NCBI RefSeq assembly: GCF_006345805.1
Contig: NC_042998.1
Coordinates: 198,276,001 to 198,340,000, forward strand
Direction: 5' to 3'
Source: Octopus sinensis
Taxonomy: Eukaryota
DNA: 64,000 bases
Of this stretch, positions 63,143 through 64,000 are shown piece after piece. Each line of letters opens with the position of its first letter. The stretch's first letter is position 1. The position numbers and the translations under genes were made by a program. The notes beneath the pieces are model-generated. The model saw only the letters and a program-made list of their open reading frames with translations. It was not told the DNA's origin and did not search any database.

Positions 63143-63567
63143 GGATCTTTTCGGTTTGAATGGCAGTATTTTGTAGCGGTGTCATATGAAATTGTCACCC
63201 ATAATTATGACCCTAGTATCGATCTATTGCATTTCAATCTGTTTTAGGGTTAGGGTTAGGGTTAGGGGTGGGGGGAAGGGTATCTTTTTTTTCTTCACAA
63301 ATGTAAATAAACCCAATCTGTTTCTTAAACGAGGGACATATTCATACGGCACAGAATGTTTTCACCTCAATAGACGTCATTGATTGGTTGAAATTGCAGA
63401 AATTGAAGAAAAAACAACAACAAATATCTTACAAACTATAGAATTTTCTCAATAAAGCCAAGAGAAAAAGATGTTTTATAAACACATTCTACCACTATAC
63501 GAAGTTTAAAAGTGTTTAGTTACGTGGAAATTATTTTAAAAAACTGCCGGTCAAACCGAAAAGATCC
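63143..63567. mobile_element. MITE, same family, inserted in the Helitron Rep fossil
   Basis: GGATC...GATCC termini; TSD ttaccgct/taaccgct; internal (TTAGGG)n run. Confidence 0.85.
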
Positions 63568-64000
63568 TAACCGCTTAGTAGTAGAATATTTACCAGATTT
63601 CAGTGTTAAATGCACAACAATGTAGAAGTATGTACAACTATTGGAGTGTTAAAATATATCAGTAAATATATTCCTAAATGTCAAGACTGTGTAAAAAGTA
63701 ATTATTACGGAAGAAACTACGCTCTAAAAAAAAAATTGAAGACGAAAGATGAAATTGCTAATTATATAAATGGCCGCTTTGTTTCAACGTTTGAGGCTTG
63801 ATGAAAATTTTACGATTTATATTCTCCTGCACAAATTCTCATGATTCAATCTATTTATTTTAATGGTGAAGAAACAGAACAGATTATCTAGCTGAATGGA
63901 CGAAAATTAACCATGAATCATCTGTTTCCTACAAAACGCATACTATCTTTTATCGTCATTTTCCAGAGAATTAGACAAGATAAAGTAGAAAAATGTGAAA

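Larger units (their letters stand above)
61160..64000 (+). pseudogene. Fossil autonomous Helitron RepHel (Rep domain) coding sequence, frameshifted, running off the window end
   Basis: Degenerate motifs in the correct order: ...WMQTLHQNSISNCRKV.KPDFF.TF..NW (Helitron_like_N); IIGFQKRVIP (from VIEFQKRGLPHAH, HUH motif); HNNVEVCTTIGVLKYISKYIPK..D and DEIANYINGRFVSTFEA. Confidence 0.75.

Noticed and set aside
63241-63270. (TTAGGG)n as an interstitial telomere or fusion site
   Set aside because: It is internal to a MITE present three times in the window.

Overview
This is AT-rich eukaryotic genomic DNA dominated by repeats. The SINE families and microsatellite load resemble an octopus (coleoid cephalopod) genome; that is inferred from repeat style, not from a database search. 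There is one 100-N assembly gap (35385-35484) and no rRNA, intact tRNA gene or CRISPR array. Almost all ORFs in the track are microsatellite or SINE artefacts. Most of the window is transposon debris. It includes four to five SINE-like families, non-autonomous Helitrons plus a fossil autonomous Helitron, MITEs, mariner fragments, and LINE fragments of the CR1, RTE, L1/Tx1 and R4/Dong clades. Penelope-like termini carry hammerhead ribozyme motifs, and the one at 50134-50222 is fully canonical. The best host-gene candidate is a spliced minus-strand gene (exons 36972-36885, 32409-32369, 26168-25797). Its splice phases match and it encodes a ~166-aa protein: signal peptide, six-Cys region, Gly/Ser linker, hydrophobic C-terminus. 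I do not recognise the family. A possible alternative first exon lies at 40151-40139. All analysis was manual; repeat boundaries are approximate (about +/-10-20 bp) unless a TSD or terminal motif is quoted.
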